Notes under the pieces: generated by a model
What the model saw: the letters and a program-made list of their open reading frames with translations, nothing else
Told to the model about the DNA's origin: nothing
Databases searched by the model: none
Program-made: the position numbers and the translations under genes
Source: a virus
Lineage: Duplodnaviria > Heunggongvirae > Uroviricota > Caudoviricetes
Reading direction: 5' to 3' (one strand)
DNA length: 35,546 bases
IMG/VR virus record: IMGVR_UViG_2778261064_000019
In this document: piece after piece, positions 1 to 8,956 of the stretch
Layout: every line of letters begins with the position of its first letter
Position numbering within the stretch: position 1 is the first letter of the stretch

Positions 1-1200
1 ATGCTGACCGATACCAAACTGAAAAACCTCAAAGCGCGGGAAAAACTTTATAAAGTTGCAGACCGTGATGGGCTGTATGTAACCGTATCTCCCAAGGGAT
101 TGGTGACGTTTCGCTATGACTATCGAATCAATGGTCGTCGTGAAACGTTAACTATTGGTCGCTATGGTGACGGTATTTCTCTGGCGCAGGCGCGCGAAAA
201 ATTAGTGGAAGCCAAAAAACGCGTAAATGCAGGAATATCGCCCGCTGGAGAGAAGCGTGACGGTAAAACAAAGCGAAAAGAAGAAAAGACACTCCACGAT
301 TTTACCGTCAGCTACATGAAACACACCCGGCTGGCGGACAGCACAAGGGCGATGAAGCAAAGCATTATCGACAGAGACATCACGCCAGTATGGGGGCGCA
401 AGCTGCTGTCAGAGATAACCCCCTCTCTCCTACGTGAGTATTGCGACAAGATAAAAGCGCGTGGTGCGCCAGCGACGGCGATTCAGGTTCGCAATATCGT
501 TAGTGCGGTATTTAAGTTCGCCGCGCTTCACGGCGACTATTACCCCAATCCTGCCGAAGAGGTTTTACCGGCTTCAATTGCGACATTCGAAGCGCGCGAC
601 AGGGCGCTCAAGCCAGAGGAGATAGGCTGGTTTTTCAATCAGCTTGAACAAACGGGTACATTACCCACCATCAAGCTGGCCATTAAATTGGTTTTATTAA
701 CGATGGTACGTAAAAGTGAACTGCTGAACGCTCCGTGGGGTGAGGTTAATTTTAATGCCTGCCTTTGGACGATTGACGCCAGCCGGATGAAGGGATCACG
801 GGATCATAATGTTTATCTGTCCCGGCAGGCACAGGACATTCTGATTGCCCTGAAAATGTGCGCAGGAAGCAGTGATTGGGTTTTGCCTTCATGCAATCAG
901 TCGTCGCATAAGACCATGTCGGCGGCGACCTTAAACCGGGTCATTAATCTTACGGTTAAGCAGGCGCAGGAACGGGGGATCAGGCTGGCGTCGTTTTCCG
1001 TTCACGATATGCGCCGAACGGCATCGACGTTATTGCATGAGGCGGGGTTTAATTCCGACTGGATAGAAAAATGCCTCGCGCACGAGGAAAGAAGCGTCAG
1101 AGCCGTTTATAACAAAGCGGAATACGCAGAGCAGCGCCGTGATATGTTGCAGCAGTGGGCGGATATGGTTGATGGGTGGATCAAGCAATACCGCCCGTAA
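1..1200 (+). CDS. int: Tyrosine integrase, P4/CP4-57-like family
   Basis: 399-aa ORF. N-terminus LTDTKLKNLK...DGLYVTVSPKG...FRYDYR is typical of P4-type integrases; C-terminal region HDMRRT...AHEERSVRAVY fits the tyrosine-recombinase catalytic region. ORF starts at the window edge, so the true 5' end and the att site are not visible. Confidence 0.85.
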   Translation: MLTDTKLKNLKAREKLYKVADRDGLYVTVSPKGLVTFRYDYRINGRRETLTIGRYGDGISLAQAREKLVEAKKRVNAGISPAGEKRDGKTKRKEEKTLHDFTVSYMKHTRLADSTRAMKQSIIDRDITPVWGRKLLSEITPSLLREYCDKIKARGAPATAIQVRNIVSAVFKFAALHGDYYPNPAEEVLPASIATFEARDRALKPEEIGWFFNQLEQTGTLPTIKLAIKLVLLTMVRKSELLNAPWGEVNFNACLWTIDASRMKGSRDHNVYLSRQAQDILIALKMCAGSSDWVLPSCNQSSHKTMSAATLNRVINLTVKQAQERGIRLASFSVHDMRRTASTLLHEAGFNSDWIEKCLAHEERSVRAVYNKAEYAEQRRDMLQQWADMVDGWIKQYRP

Positions 1201-1203
1201 GTA

Positions 1204-1458
1204 CTATGCGGGGATCTTGGTACCAGAGCGCTTTGGGACTTTGGCCAGATTTTTCTGTACCGCGTTATCAATATGGTGATGGTTATTTTCCTGCCGTGCT
1301 TTGAGCCAGCGTTCCACTTCCTCTTTGTCCCACGCGACGGCGCGCTTCGTTAGCGCAAAACGTTTGGGAAACAGGCCTTTTTGCTCCAACGCATAAATCG
1401 TACTTTCAGAGAGTGGCACCATCTGTAAAAGCACGTTTTTTCTAATGGCAATTTTCAT
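1204..1458 (-). CDS. AlpA-family HTH regulator / excisionase-like protein
   Basis: 84-aa ORF convergent with int (3-bp gap). Segment STIYALEQKGLFPKRFALTKRAVAWDKEEVERWL resembles AlpA/phage regulatory protein family. Start may be the internal Met at 1422. Confidence 0.65.
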   Translation of the reverse strand: MKIAIRKNVLLQMVPLSESTIYALEQKGLFPKRFALTKRAVAWDKEEVERWLKARQENNHHHIDNAVQKNLAKVPKRSGTKIPA

Positions 1459-2269
1459 TGTTTATTCCTTTAATCCAAAGGCACTCAGTTCTGATAACAG
1501 ATCCTTTTTTACCAGCAGCGGCAGATTGCTTTGTCTCTTTACGCCAGCCGGTTAGCAAATCGTTATACATTTCGGTGTCGTAGCCGCTGATAACCACGCT
1601 TCCTTGTAACCGGGTGACGGTCTCCAGTAAGCGCAGGTGGGCACCATCGTCCATTTCGTGGCGATAATATTTGTTAGTCAGATTACGGGTGCTATGAACA
1701 TACGGCGGATCGACAAAATGCAGCGTGTCGGCGGCGTCATGATCCAGAATACACTGGATGGCATCGCGGTTTTCCACCAGAACCCCTTCAAAACGCTGAC
1801 CAACGGCGGCCAGATTATCGGGCATACGGCTCCAGATGTGTTGGGCCGTTCCACTGGCGCGTTTAGTGTCCAGCCGAAAGCCGGTAGTGCCTTTAGTTGC
1901 CCCGGCAGAACCGAAGCCCATCGTGGCGCGAATCACTAAACGCCTTGCCTGTTCAACAGAATTTTTCCCATAGCGATAGGCCGAAATAAACTCGGTGCGG
2001 GAATAGGGTGTCAGGCTGCAGGCTTCAACCAGTCTTTCGCGCAGTTGTGGGGTACGAAGAACGGCGAACAGGTTAACGACGTCGCCATCCAGATCGTTGT
2101 AAACCTCGGCGTAGCTACGTGGTTTTCTGAGCAGTACGCTGGCTGCACCGCCGAAGGGTTCCACATAGCATCTGTGGGCCGGAAAGTGGCTAATGATCCA
2201 CGGAGCTAGTCGCCACTTGCCGCCGTGGTAGCGGATTGCAGGGTGCTTAATCATCCAGTTTTTCTCCAC
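1442..2269 (-). CDS. DNA N6-adenine methyltransferase (Dam-like, orphan)
   Basis: 275-aa ORF with N-terminal AdoMet-binding motif YVEPFGGAASVLL and catalytic DPPY motif (FVDPPYVHSTRN). No adjacent restriction enzyme gene. Confidence 0.8.
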   Translation of the reverse strand: MEKNWMIKHPAIRYHGGKWRLAPWIISHFPAHRCYVEPFGGAASVLLRKPRSYAEVYNDLDGDVVNLFAVLRTPQLRERLVEACSLTPYSRTEFISAYRYGKNSVEQARRLVIRATMGFGSAGATKGTTGFRLDTKRASGTAQHIWSRMPDNLAAVGQRFEGVLVENRDAIQCILDHDAADTLHFVDPPYVHSTRNLTNKYYRHEMDDGAHLRLLETVTRLQGSVVISGYDTEMYNDLLTGWRKETKQSAAAGKKGSVIRTECLWIKGINNENCH

Positions 2270-2846
2270 GCCGTTCTACGTTCAGGTGTCGCCACTGCAC
2301 CGCAATCCGTTTCATCACCGCATTCCCCTCTGGGATCACCTCCTGCGGCTCCTTCATCAACATGACCCGCCCCCGAATAACGATCAGCGCTTGTTCCAGC
2401 AGGCCATAGTCCAGATAACAGAGATCGGGAATATCCAGTTGCCACACATAGCCATTCCATGCTGAAAGTAGCACTTGCGCGGCGGCGCGTCCGCCGCTGG
2501 TTTCTGTGAGCGCGATTTTGGCAAGTGTATTGACGGCTGCGCCATATTCCTCTGGCGTGACGCGGAGTTTCTGCTGGCTGTTATCTTCTTTTGCCAGCGT
2601 TAATAATCCAATCGGGTGTAATACGCCCAGCTCTTCCATCTTTTCTTTCAATGTTGCAGCTGTATTCCATCCAATTCTGAATTTGCGCTGCAGGCGGCTG
2701 ATACTGATAATGCCTTCCGCCTCGGCCAGTTCGACCGCTTTGGGATAGAGTTCATTGAGCCGATATTCGTAATCAGCGAAGGGCGCACCGCTATTCTCTG
2801 GCAGGCCAGAGAGTGTTTGTGAATTATTTCCAGAGGATTTCATCAT
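2247..2846 (-). CDS. Hypothetical protein with FtsK-gamma-like winged-helix segment
   Basis: 199-aa ORF in the same minus-strand gene string as primase and Dam. Segment ISISRLQRKFRIGWNTAATLKEKMEELGVL resembles the FtsK gamma DNA-binding domain, judged from memory only. Confidence 0.45.
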   Translation of the reverse strand: MMKSSGNNSQTLSGLPENSGAPFADYEYRLNELYPKAVELAEAEGIISISRLQRKFRIGWNTAATLKEKMEELGVLHPIGLLTLAKEDNSQQKLRVTPEEYGAAVNTLAKIALTETSGGRAAAQVLLSAWNGYVWQLDIPDLCYLDYGLLEQALIVIRGRVMLMKEPQEVIPEGNAVMKRIAVQWRHLNVERRGEKLDD

Positions 2847-2856
2847 AATTTCCTTT

Positions 2857-5514
2857 TTAACGTTGAAAAACCCAACACTTCACCGTCGCCGGGCGGCGCG
2901 GTGCGGCTGGGTAACGGCGGTTAAATTCAGCGTTGATGCCGCTGTTAACCGTTCTGACTTCAATAAACTTGTGGGTACGGCTGGTTTTTAGCACTCGCTT
3001 CAAATCGCTGATCGGCGGGATCTGCTGGCGGCGCTCGGTAGCCAGTTGAATAAAGTGGTTAAGGTTAACGGCGATAAGCTGTTCATCGCGCGAGTGGTTG
3101 AGCTGTGGTTCGTCGTCGCCATCGAGGAAGTCGAAAATATCCCAGAACTCCTGCACCAGAGGATGGTCGGCGCTGATGGCCTGTTGGCGCTCCAGACTGA
3201 GGCGGATAAACATTTCTCTGGTCGCCTGTAGCTGCTCTTCCGTGACCGGAATAACCAGCGCCAGCGCGTCGAGCAGCGCCATAAGCTGGGCGTGGTTTTT
3301 AATGATGCGGATATGGCGAATATCTGGGTGGGAGTGAAGTTGCTGCTCGTATAGCGGGATCTGACGGTTAACGCACTCCAGCACGGCCTGTTCCGCCAGC
3401 GCTGCCTTCAGCATAAAGCCGGAAAGCTGTTCTACCGGCAGGCGTTCGAGCTGCTCGGCAGCGACCTTGGTCTGAGTATTCTGGCCGCTGCGGTCGGTGT
3501 ACAGGTGAATAATACGTTCCAGCACCGGGTTAGAGGCGCTAACATCGGCGTTTTGCGCAATCACAATCGCGCCCCGGAACGGCGGTTCATAGGTCTCGTT
3601 GCCGCTGTTACGCAGACCGCGAGAACGCACCGACCGCCCGTTATAGGCGGTTTTCAGCTCTTCCCAATCAAAGCCACGCTGCTTTGCCCCCTCCTGATTA
3701 CGGTCACCCTCGATCAGCACCACCGGCATATTTGCTACCTGCGCAAAGTTGCGCGCGCGGGCGGCCAGCGTTGATTTAGACGGATCGAAACCTTCATAGT
3801 CGCGTCGGCCCAACAGTTTTCAGAGGAACTCTATCAGCGTGGTTTTACCGCTGCCGGGTTCGCCAACGATTTCCAGAAATGGAAAGCTCTTGTGCTTGTC
3901 GCGGATCTGTTCGGCAAACATCGTCCCAAACCAGTACGCCAGCGCCACAAACCCCTTTGCGCCAAACGCCTGCCAGAGTAGCTGGGGCCACTGGCTGTCC
4001 ATCTGTTTTAAATTGTCGTTCAGCGTCAGGCTGACCGACTGGTTCAGGCTTTTAAGGCTAAGTTTGCCCATGTCGAAGAAGTCTTCTTCGTTGAGTGTGT
4101 ACAGCCGACCATCGCGAACGGCCAGATCGTTGAACACGTAAGCGCGGTATTCTTTGCTGTAGCCGATAAAATCAGTGGTCTGGACAGTTTTGATTTTGGG
4201 AAGCTGCTTGAGCAGCAACTTATCTAACTGCTGACTGGTGCCGGTGAAGATGCCGCCCTGCGCGATATGCAGCAGGCGCTTTTTGAATTCTGAGCCGCTG
4301 GAAAGTTGGGAGCCGGTGAAGGTGTTTTTTATCGGTGGAGTGTCGTCGGGGAAGTTAATGCGAAAGTAATACCAGCTTTCGTCGGTAATGGTGTTGGCCT
4401 GATAGTAGAGGGTGGTCGGGTAGCAGTTGGCTATCTCAACAACGGCGGCTGACTCCTGTAGCGCTTTATGTTTGGCTTCTTCTTCGTCCAGCTCCTCTTT
4501 GCCGTTATACATCACGTTATCAAAGGCACGCATATAACGGTCAATATCCAGCTTGAACCAGTACAGGCGGCTGTCGAACTCGAAGTGAAACTCTTTGCGT
4601 TCGGTACGCTCATGCATCAGTAATGCTTTGGCATTCGGATTGGGAGCGATCAACAGTGAACCGTAGTAACGATATTTTTTAATCAGATCCGGGTTTAGCC
4701 GATCGCGCTGGTGCAAATCGTTCCAGTCCAGCTTGGTGCGGGAATAGGGCGTTTGTGCGGCGGTGGAAAGCCAGCCGTCGTCGCGGCTGCGTTTTACCCA
4801 GCGGCGGGTGTAATTCATGCCCGCTTTGTCGTTATCCAGCGCCCAGACCAGTAAAGGACGCTTTTTATCCACGAACAGCGCGGCCAGTTGGCTTAACGCC
4901 TGCGCCGGATAGTTGTTACAGGTCATCAGGGAAACGGCGGCAATGCCGTGGTGGTGCAGGGCGATAGCGTCAAAAATGCCCTCAACCAGCCAGATCTCCT
5001 GCTGTTCTTCCAGCTTAAGCGTTGGCAATTGCCACCATAGCCCGCTGTAAGCGCCGTGAAAATTGGCTTTGCGATCGCCGAAACGCTGTGGGCGGTCAAC
5101 GATCCGCTCCCACCACACGCCGTCAGCCAGCGGGAAACGCACAGTGGCCGAGCCGAGATCGCGCCGTGCGTCATAGTAGTTCTCTTGAGCGTAACAGTTA
5201 CGGAGCAGCGAAAGGTCAAAGCCGCGCATCTCGCGCAGGTAGGCATCGGCGGCGGCCTGTGGGTTTTCCGGGGTTGGGGGATATCTGTCTGACCAGCTTT
5301 CAAATAGATCCGGGTACACCTCTTTGATATGGATTTCGGCATTGCATTTATTCAGGCGACCGCAGCGCAGTACCCACGGGCTGATGGCGTAGGTGTACAG
5401 CTCTTTTTTCTGGCAGTCCGGGCAGACGCCCTGCCGCAGCCAGTCGCCCTGTTCTTTAAAGGAAAAATCGGCTAGCAGTCGCCGCGTAATTTCCTGATGA
5501 AGTTGTGGTTGCAT
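2857..5514 (-). pseudogene. P4 alpha-like primase-helicase interrupted by an in-frame TGA (fragments 3820..5514 and 2857..3813)
   Basis: The two ORFs are in the same frame, separated by a single TGA at 3820..3822 (translation ...GEPGSGKTTLIEFL*KLLGRRDYEGF...). N-terminal Cys-rich zinc-binding motifs (CPDCQKK, CGRLNKC) and a Toprim-like segment (LVEGIFDAIALHHHG); Walker A (GEPGSGKTT) sits just before the stop, and the helicase region continues after it. Confidence 0.6.
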
Positions 5515-5602
5515 TGCCAGTACCTTTATTCAGGTAATACTTACCCGTCGCATAGACACGTTGTTTATGCGTTGTGGTTGTGAGTCTTTTATTTACTGAG
5601 CG

Positions 5603-5833
5603 TTACGCGATTTTCTGCTTTTGCAGAAATTGCCCGCGTGTGGATAGCGGTATGTGTATCTTAGGATTCGGGCAACCGCTGGGTACTACCGTTCCCATCA
5701 CGGTCTCCATCGCGATAAATGAAAACGAACAGTTAACGTTCTTGCACTGGTAATAGAGCTTACGTACCAGCGGTGACATATATTCGCTGCTGCGAATTAT
5801 CGCCTTACCGTCGCAGTGTGGGCATTTCATCAT
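5603..5833 (-). CDS. ogr: Ogr/Delta-family zinc-finger late-gene transcriptional activator
   Basis: MMKCPHCDGKAIIRSSE...YYQCKNVNCSFSF matches the Cys4 motif of P2 Ogr. Start set at ATG 5833 (AGGAG 7 nt upstream) rather than the longer ORF start at 5851. Monomer size (76 aa) is Ogr-like, not the duplicated P4 Delta. Confidence 0.85.
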   Translation of the reverse strand: MMKCPHCDGKAIIRSSEYMSPLVRKLYYQCKNVNCSFSFIAMETVMGTVVPSGCPNPKIHIPLSTRGQFLQKQKIA

Positions 5834-6156
5834 GTCCGATCTCCTTACCACTTTTAACTAACTGAAACACTAACGCTTTTCGTTAACGGACTGACGAAAT
5901 AGTGTGATGCCGTTCAAAAAAATGATTCTTGCCATGCTGGACATCGAACGGTTCTGCTCCAGCGCTAATGCTTACAGTTCCGCGATTTCAGCGGGGAGCA
6001 GACGCATTGCCACCGGTTTGTTCGACATCACCCCGCGGGGTGCTCGTGAGCGTAAGACGTTCTCATTTGTTTTCATGGTGGTATATTGTGGTTATTAACA
6101 TTACACAATCTATAATTCCCTCAATTGAGTGAATTGTCAATGGTAATTATATCCAA
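5834..6156. promoter_or_regulatory. Divergent intergenic control region between ogr (minus) and the XRE gene (plus)
   Basis: 323-bp non-coding gap between divergently transcribed genes. Contains a 14-bp perfect palindrome CACCCCGCGGGGTG (6029..6042), palindrome TCAATTGA (6121..6128), TATAAT (6111..6116) and TTGTCA (6135..6140). Promoter assignment is not resolved. Confidence 0.35.
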
Positions 6157-6495
6157 ATGAAAGAATTTGGCATCCGTTTGAAGGAAGAACGTATCCGACT
6201 TGGCCTTGATCAAGACGGCTTTGGACAACTTGGGGGCGTGAAGAAAAACGCACAAAGTAACTATGAGAATGGACTGCGCAAGCCGGACAGTGACTATCTT
6301 GCTGGCATAGCGGCAGCGGGAGTTGATGTTCTGTATGTTCTAACAGGCAACCGCACGCCTGTGGCTACGTTGTCCAGTAAAGAGAGTGTGTTGGTGGAGA
6401 ACTATCGTTCTGCTACGCCAGAACACCAGTCCACCCTTGACACGGTTAGCGCTGCGCTTGCGCAACCGGGAGTAGGGAAAGCAGCTAAGGGATAA
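6157..6495 (+). CDS. XRE-family helix-turn-helix regulator (candidate prophage repressor or cargo regulator)
   Basis: 112-aa ORF; N-terminal HTH pattern (IRLKEERIRLGLDQDGFGQLGGVKKNAQSNYENGLRKP) is typical of Cro/CI-type regulators. Divergent from the ogr-primase string, directly upstream of the AT-rich operon. Confidence 0.7.
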   Translation: MKEFGIRLKEERIRLGLDQDGFGQLGGVKKNAQSNYENGLRKPDSDYLAGIAAAGVDVLYVLTGNRTPVATLSSKESVLVENYRSATPEHQSTLDTVSAALAQPGVGKAAKG

Positions 6496-6535
6496 CGAGT
6501 AGAATGAATTTGGTTATTGTCTGTATGGAGGCAAA

Positions 6536-7108
6536 ATGAAGTTGAATAATCTGGTTGCTCTTTACAGGAACATGACAGAGCAAAAATTGGATAGGGTTAA
6601 ATTCCCATACAGACACAATAATTTACATTTTGATGTATTTTTCTTTATTGATGGAAAACCGTTTGAGCTTCTTTTCGGAGCATTAGGCGCTAATCTTTGC
6701 TTTCGTCTAAAAGTCGAGAAGGGATTCGTCATAAATCCTAATCTGGGAAGTGAGACTTATAAAGAATTATGCAAGGCGCTAGGTTTGAAATATGACCCTG
6801 CCAATCCATTTAGAACAAGTAAGTTTTTTGAAGATTTTGATGGGAAAATCCCTACATCGGTTACTGTTAAGAATAAGGCAAAATATACTGATATTGCTGT
6901 GCATGTCAGGGATGTTGAAGAAGCAGACAGAATATATTTCTGTGGATGGAAAAACAACAATGAAGAAAAGAGTCATGTTACTGAAGATAATTTAAAGAAA
7001 ACGAAAGAGTTTTTAGGGTATCAGGCTTTTCTTGTTTGTAAGGAAAAGAATATTAGCAGTAGATGGACTGATTTAGAAAATAAAGCAAAAGATTTTTATT
7101 TACCATAG
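6536..7108 (+). CDS. Hypothetical protein, AT-rich cargo operon gene 1
   Basis: 190-aa ORF with GGAGG-like RBS before the ATG. Strongly AT-biased codon usage unlike the flanking phage genes. No family recognised. Confidence 0.6.
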   Translation: MKLNNLVALYRNMTEQKLDRVKFPYRHNNLHFDVFFFIDGKPFELLFGALGANLCFRLKVEKGFVINPNLGSETYKELCKALGLKYDPANPFRTSKFFEDFDGKIPTSVTVKNKAKYTDIAVHVRDVEEADRIYFCGWKNNNEEKSHVTEDNLKKTKEFLGYQAFLVCKEKNISSRWTDLENKAKDFYLP

Positions 7109-7122
7109 GATTGTGAGGTTAT

Positions 7123-8271
7123 ATGTCTGATATTTCATTAGGGTGCGTGGTTGTTCATAGGTTGATAAAAGAGCAACATAAAGATTTCGATCACTCAAAA
7201 CCATATAGTCGCCGTGATACGGTTCTTGACCGAAATAATGAAATCGTAATTAAACTAGTGTCCAGTATAGCCGCATTGTATGGTAAAAAATCTAATAGCT
7301 CGCATTATGGTATATTTAATTTAGATGAAACACGCAGGGGGCCTTTTCCAGCGGAATTTGATAAATATCGGAATGATACATCCAAGAAGTTAGACGATGA
7401 ATTGTTTATAGGATTATCAAAAAATGTTATGCATCAGTTATATATTGAGGCAAAGGATCGACCTGCTGCATCAGGAGGATTACTTCTTTTTGCTGATTAT
7501 ATCAGTAAATCCGTGCGTTACTTTCTTATTGCAATGATTAAGCAAAAGGAAGGTATAGTTATTAGTGATAAATTAGAGCCAAAGGAGTTAGAGCATCTTG
7601 ATCTGGCAAAACTAAACCAGGCGGCACGAATAAACTATGATTTGTATGATAAATATATTTCCGCTGATGAGAATGAAAGACAGGATGTTAATTATTTAAG
7701 TTTTGTTAGTCCCAGTTCTAACCAGACAACTTCAGGGTATTTCATTACTGCCTTAGGTTGTGATAAAGGTAATACATCAACTAAAGCTACGAGTAATTTA
7801 ATTAATGAATCTTTTAACTTCTTCAGAAATCATCAAGAATTAAAGGATAATGCCCGTAAATTTAAAAATGAAATTATTGAGTATTTATTCGATTGTTCTG
7901 AAAATAACATTTCAGCTAAGCTCTCTGTTGTTAGTGAGATGGCGGCGAAGCATATGGTTAATTTAGAAGATGACATTAAAGATAAATTGTCAGAAGAATT
8001 ATATGCTCATTTGAATAGTGAAAGTATTCGTGTGCCTGTGGAATTTAGGGTAAGCAAATCAGTAGTTAAGAAAAACAGAAATATTAAATATACAAGTGAT
8101 AATGTTAATTTTGAGTTTAAATCTAGTTTACTAGGCAATACTCTTGATAATGAGATATGCTATAATAAGAAAACTGGACATTTAACTTTTACTCGGATTA
8201 CTCCTGAGAAAAAAAGTGAAATAGCTCAATTGCTTGATGAGTTAATAAAAGAAAGAAATAGCGAAAAATAA
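7123..8271 (+). CDS. YejK/NdpA-like (NA37 family) nucleoid-associated protein homologue, cargo gene 2
   Basis: 382-aa ORF, 14 bp after gene 1 with a GTGAGG RBS. Full-length pattern similarity to E. coli YejK as recalled: MSDISLGCVVVHRLIK vs MSLDINQIALHQLIK; ASGGLLLFADYISKSVRYFLIAMI vs [25 protein letters not shown]. Not verified by search. Confidence 0.6.
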   Translation: MSDISLGCVVVHRLIKEQHKDFDHSKPYSRRDTVLDRNNEIVIKLVSSIAALYGKKSNSSHYGIFNLDETRRGPFPAEFDKYRNDTSKKLDDELFIGLSKNVMHQLYIEAKDRPAASGGLLLFADYISKSVRYFLIAMIKQKEGIVISDKLEPKELEHLDLAKLNQAARINYDLYDKYISADENERQDVNYLSFVSPSSNQTTSGYFITALGCDKGNTSTKATSNLINESFNFFRNHQELKDNARKFKNEIIEYLFDCSENNISAKLSVVSEMAAKHMVNLEDDIKDKLSEELYAHLNSESIRVPVEFRVSKSVVKKNRNIKYTSDNVNFEFKSSLLGNTLDNEICYNKKTGHLTFTRITPEKKSEIAQLLDELIKERNSEK

Positions 8272-8282
8272 GGTTGCTTAAT

Positions 8283-8912
8283 ATGTCATGTTTTGAAACG
8301 GTTGTTGAGCTTTTCAGATATGTAGGGCGTCCTAAATTTGATGCTATTAATAATCGTTTTTCAGCAACTATTTCTTATGATGCTCATATATATGAACTCT
8401 TAGTTTCTTTGCAACCTCATACAGCGTGGGGAGAAATTGAAGAGATTGTCATTGATGATGTGGATATAGATGTTGATGATAGCCTTCCCGCTAAAGGAAC
8501 ATCAATAACACTGACAATCTCTATATCAACTGGAGCTAGTGAGTCATTTTTTATCGATATTAAAGATCTAATTCAAAAGTCTCCGATGTTAAATAGAGGT
8601 ATTTTAAGAAAGTCTTTTTACTTGGTTGAGGAAGATTTTTATTTTAATGAAGGAATGGTTGAGGGATTAGCAAAAATACCAGAACTATCTGTTTTAAAGA
8701 ATCTTTGTGATTTTATTTTATGTCTATCAAAAGTTGCACACTACAGCAATAGTAAAAGTGATGATGTATGCCATAAGTTAGTTTTCTTGAAAAATACTAA
8801 TGCTAAGTCATTACCTTTAATTATTGAAACTAATGTTGATTATTCACTTCTTTTAACAGGTATTAAGGATTTAAAAATCATCGAATCTTTTTCTGATGAA
8901 AAAAAGCTATAA
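8283..8912 (+). CDS. Hypothetical acidic protein, cargo gene 3
   Basis: ORF track starts at TTG 8274; the first ATG is at 8283, about 11 nt after the gene 2 stop. Contains acidic stretch EEIVIDDVDIDVDDS. No family recognised. Confidence 0.55.
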   Translation: MSCFETVVELFRYVGRPKFDAINNRFSATISYDAHIYELLVSLQPHTAWGEIEEIVIDDVDIDVDDSLPAKGTSITLTISISTGASESFFIDIKDLIQKSPMLNRGILRKSFYLVEEDFYFNEGMVEGLAKIPELSVLKNLCDFILCLSKVAHYSNSKSDDVCHKLVFLKNTNAKSLPLIIETNVDYSLLLTGIKDLKIIESFSDEKKL

Positions 8913-8956
8913 CGGATGATAATTATTTTGAGCGAAAAGGGATTTTCATTAATACG

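Noticed and set aside
1637-1939. Plus-strand 100-aa ORF inside the first Dam gene
   Set aside because: Antisense to a gene with clear methyltransferase motifs; no independent support.
3820-3822. Selenocysteine or programmed readthrough at the primase TGA
   Set aside because: No SECIS-like hairpin was seen immediately downstream; a nonsense mutation is the simpler explanation, though not proven.
5904-6132. ORFs 5904..6098 and 5929..6132 in the ogr-XRE intergenic region
   Set aside because: They overlap each other in different frames, lack convincing RBSs and occupy a region better explained as a promoter/operator; kept as regulatory DNA.
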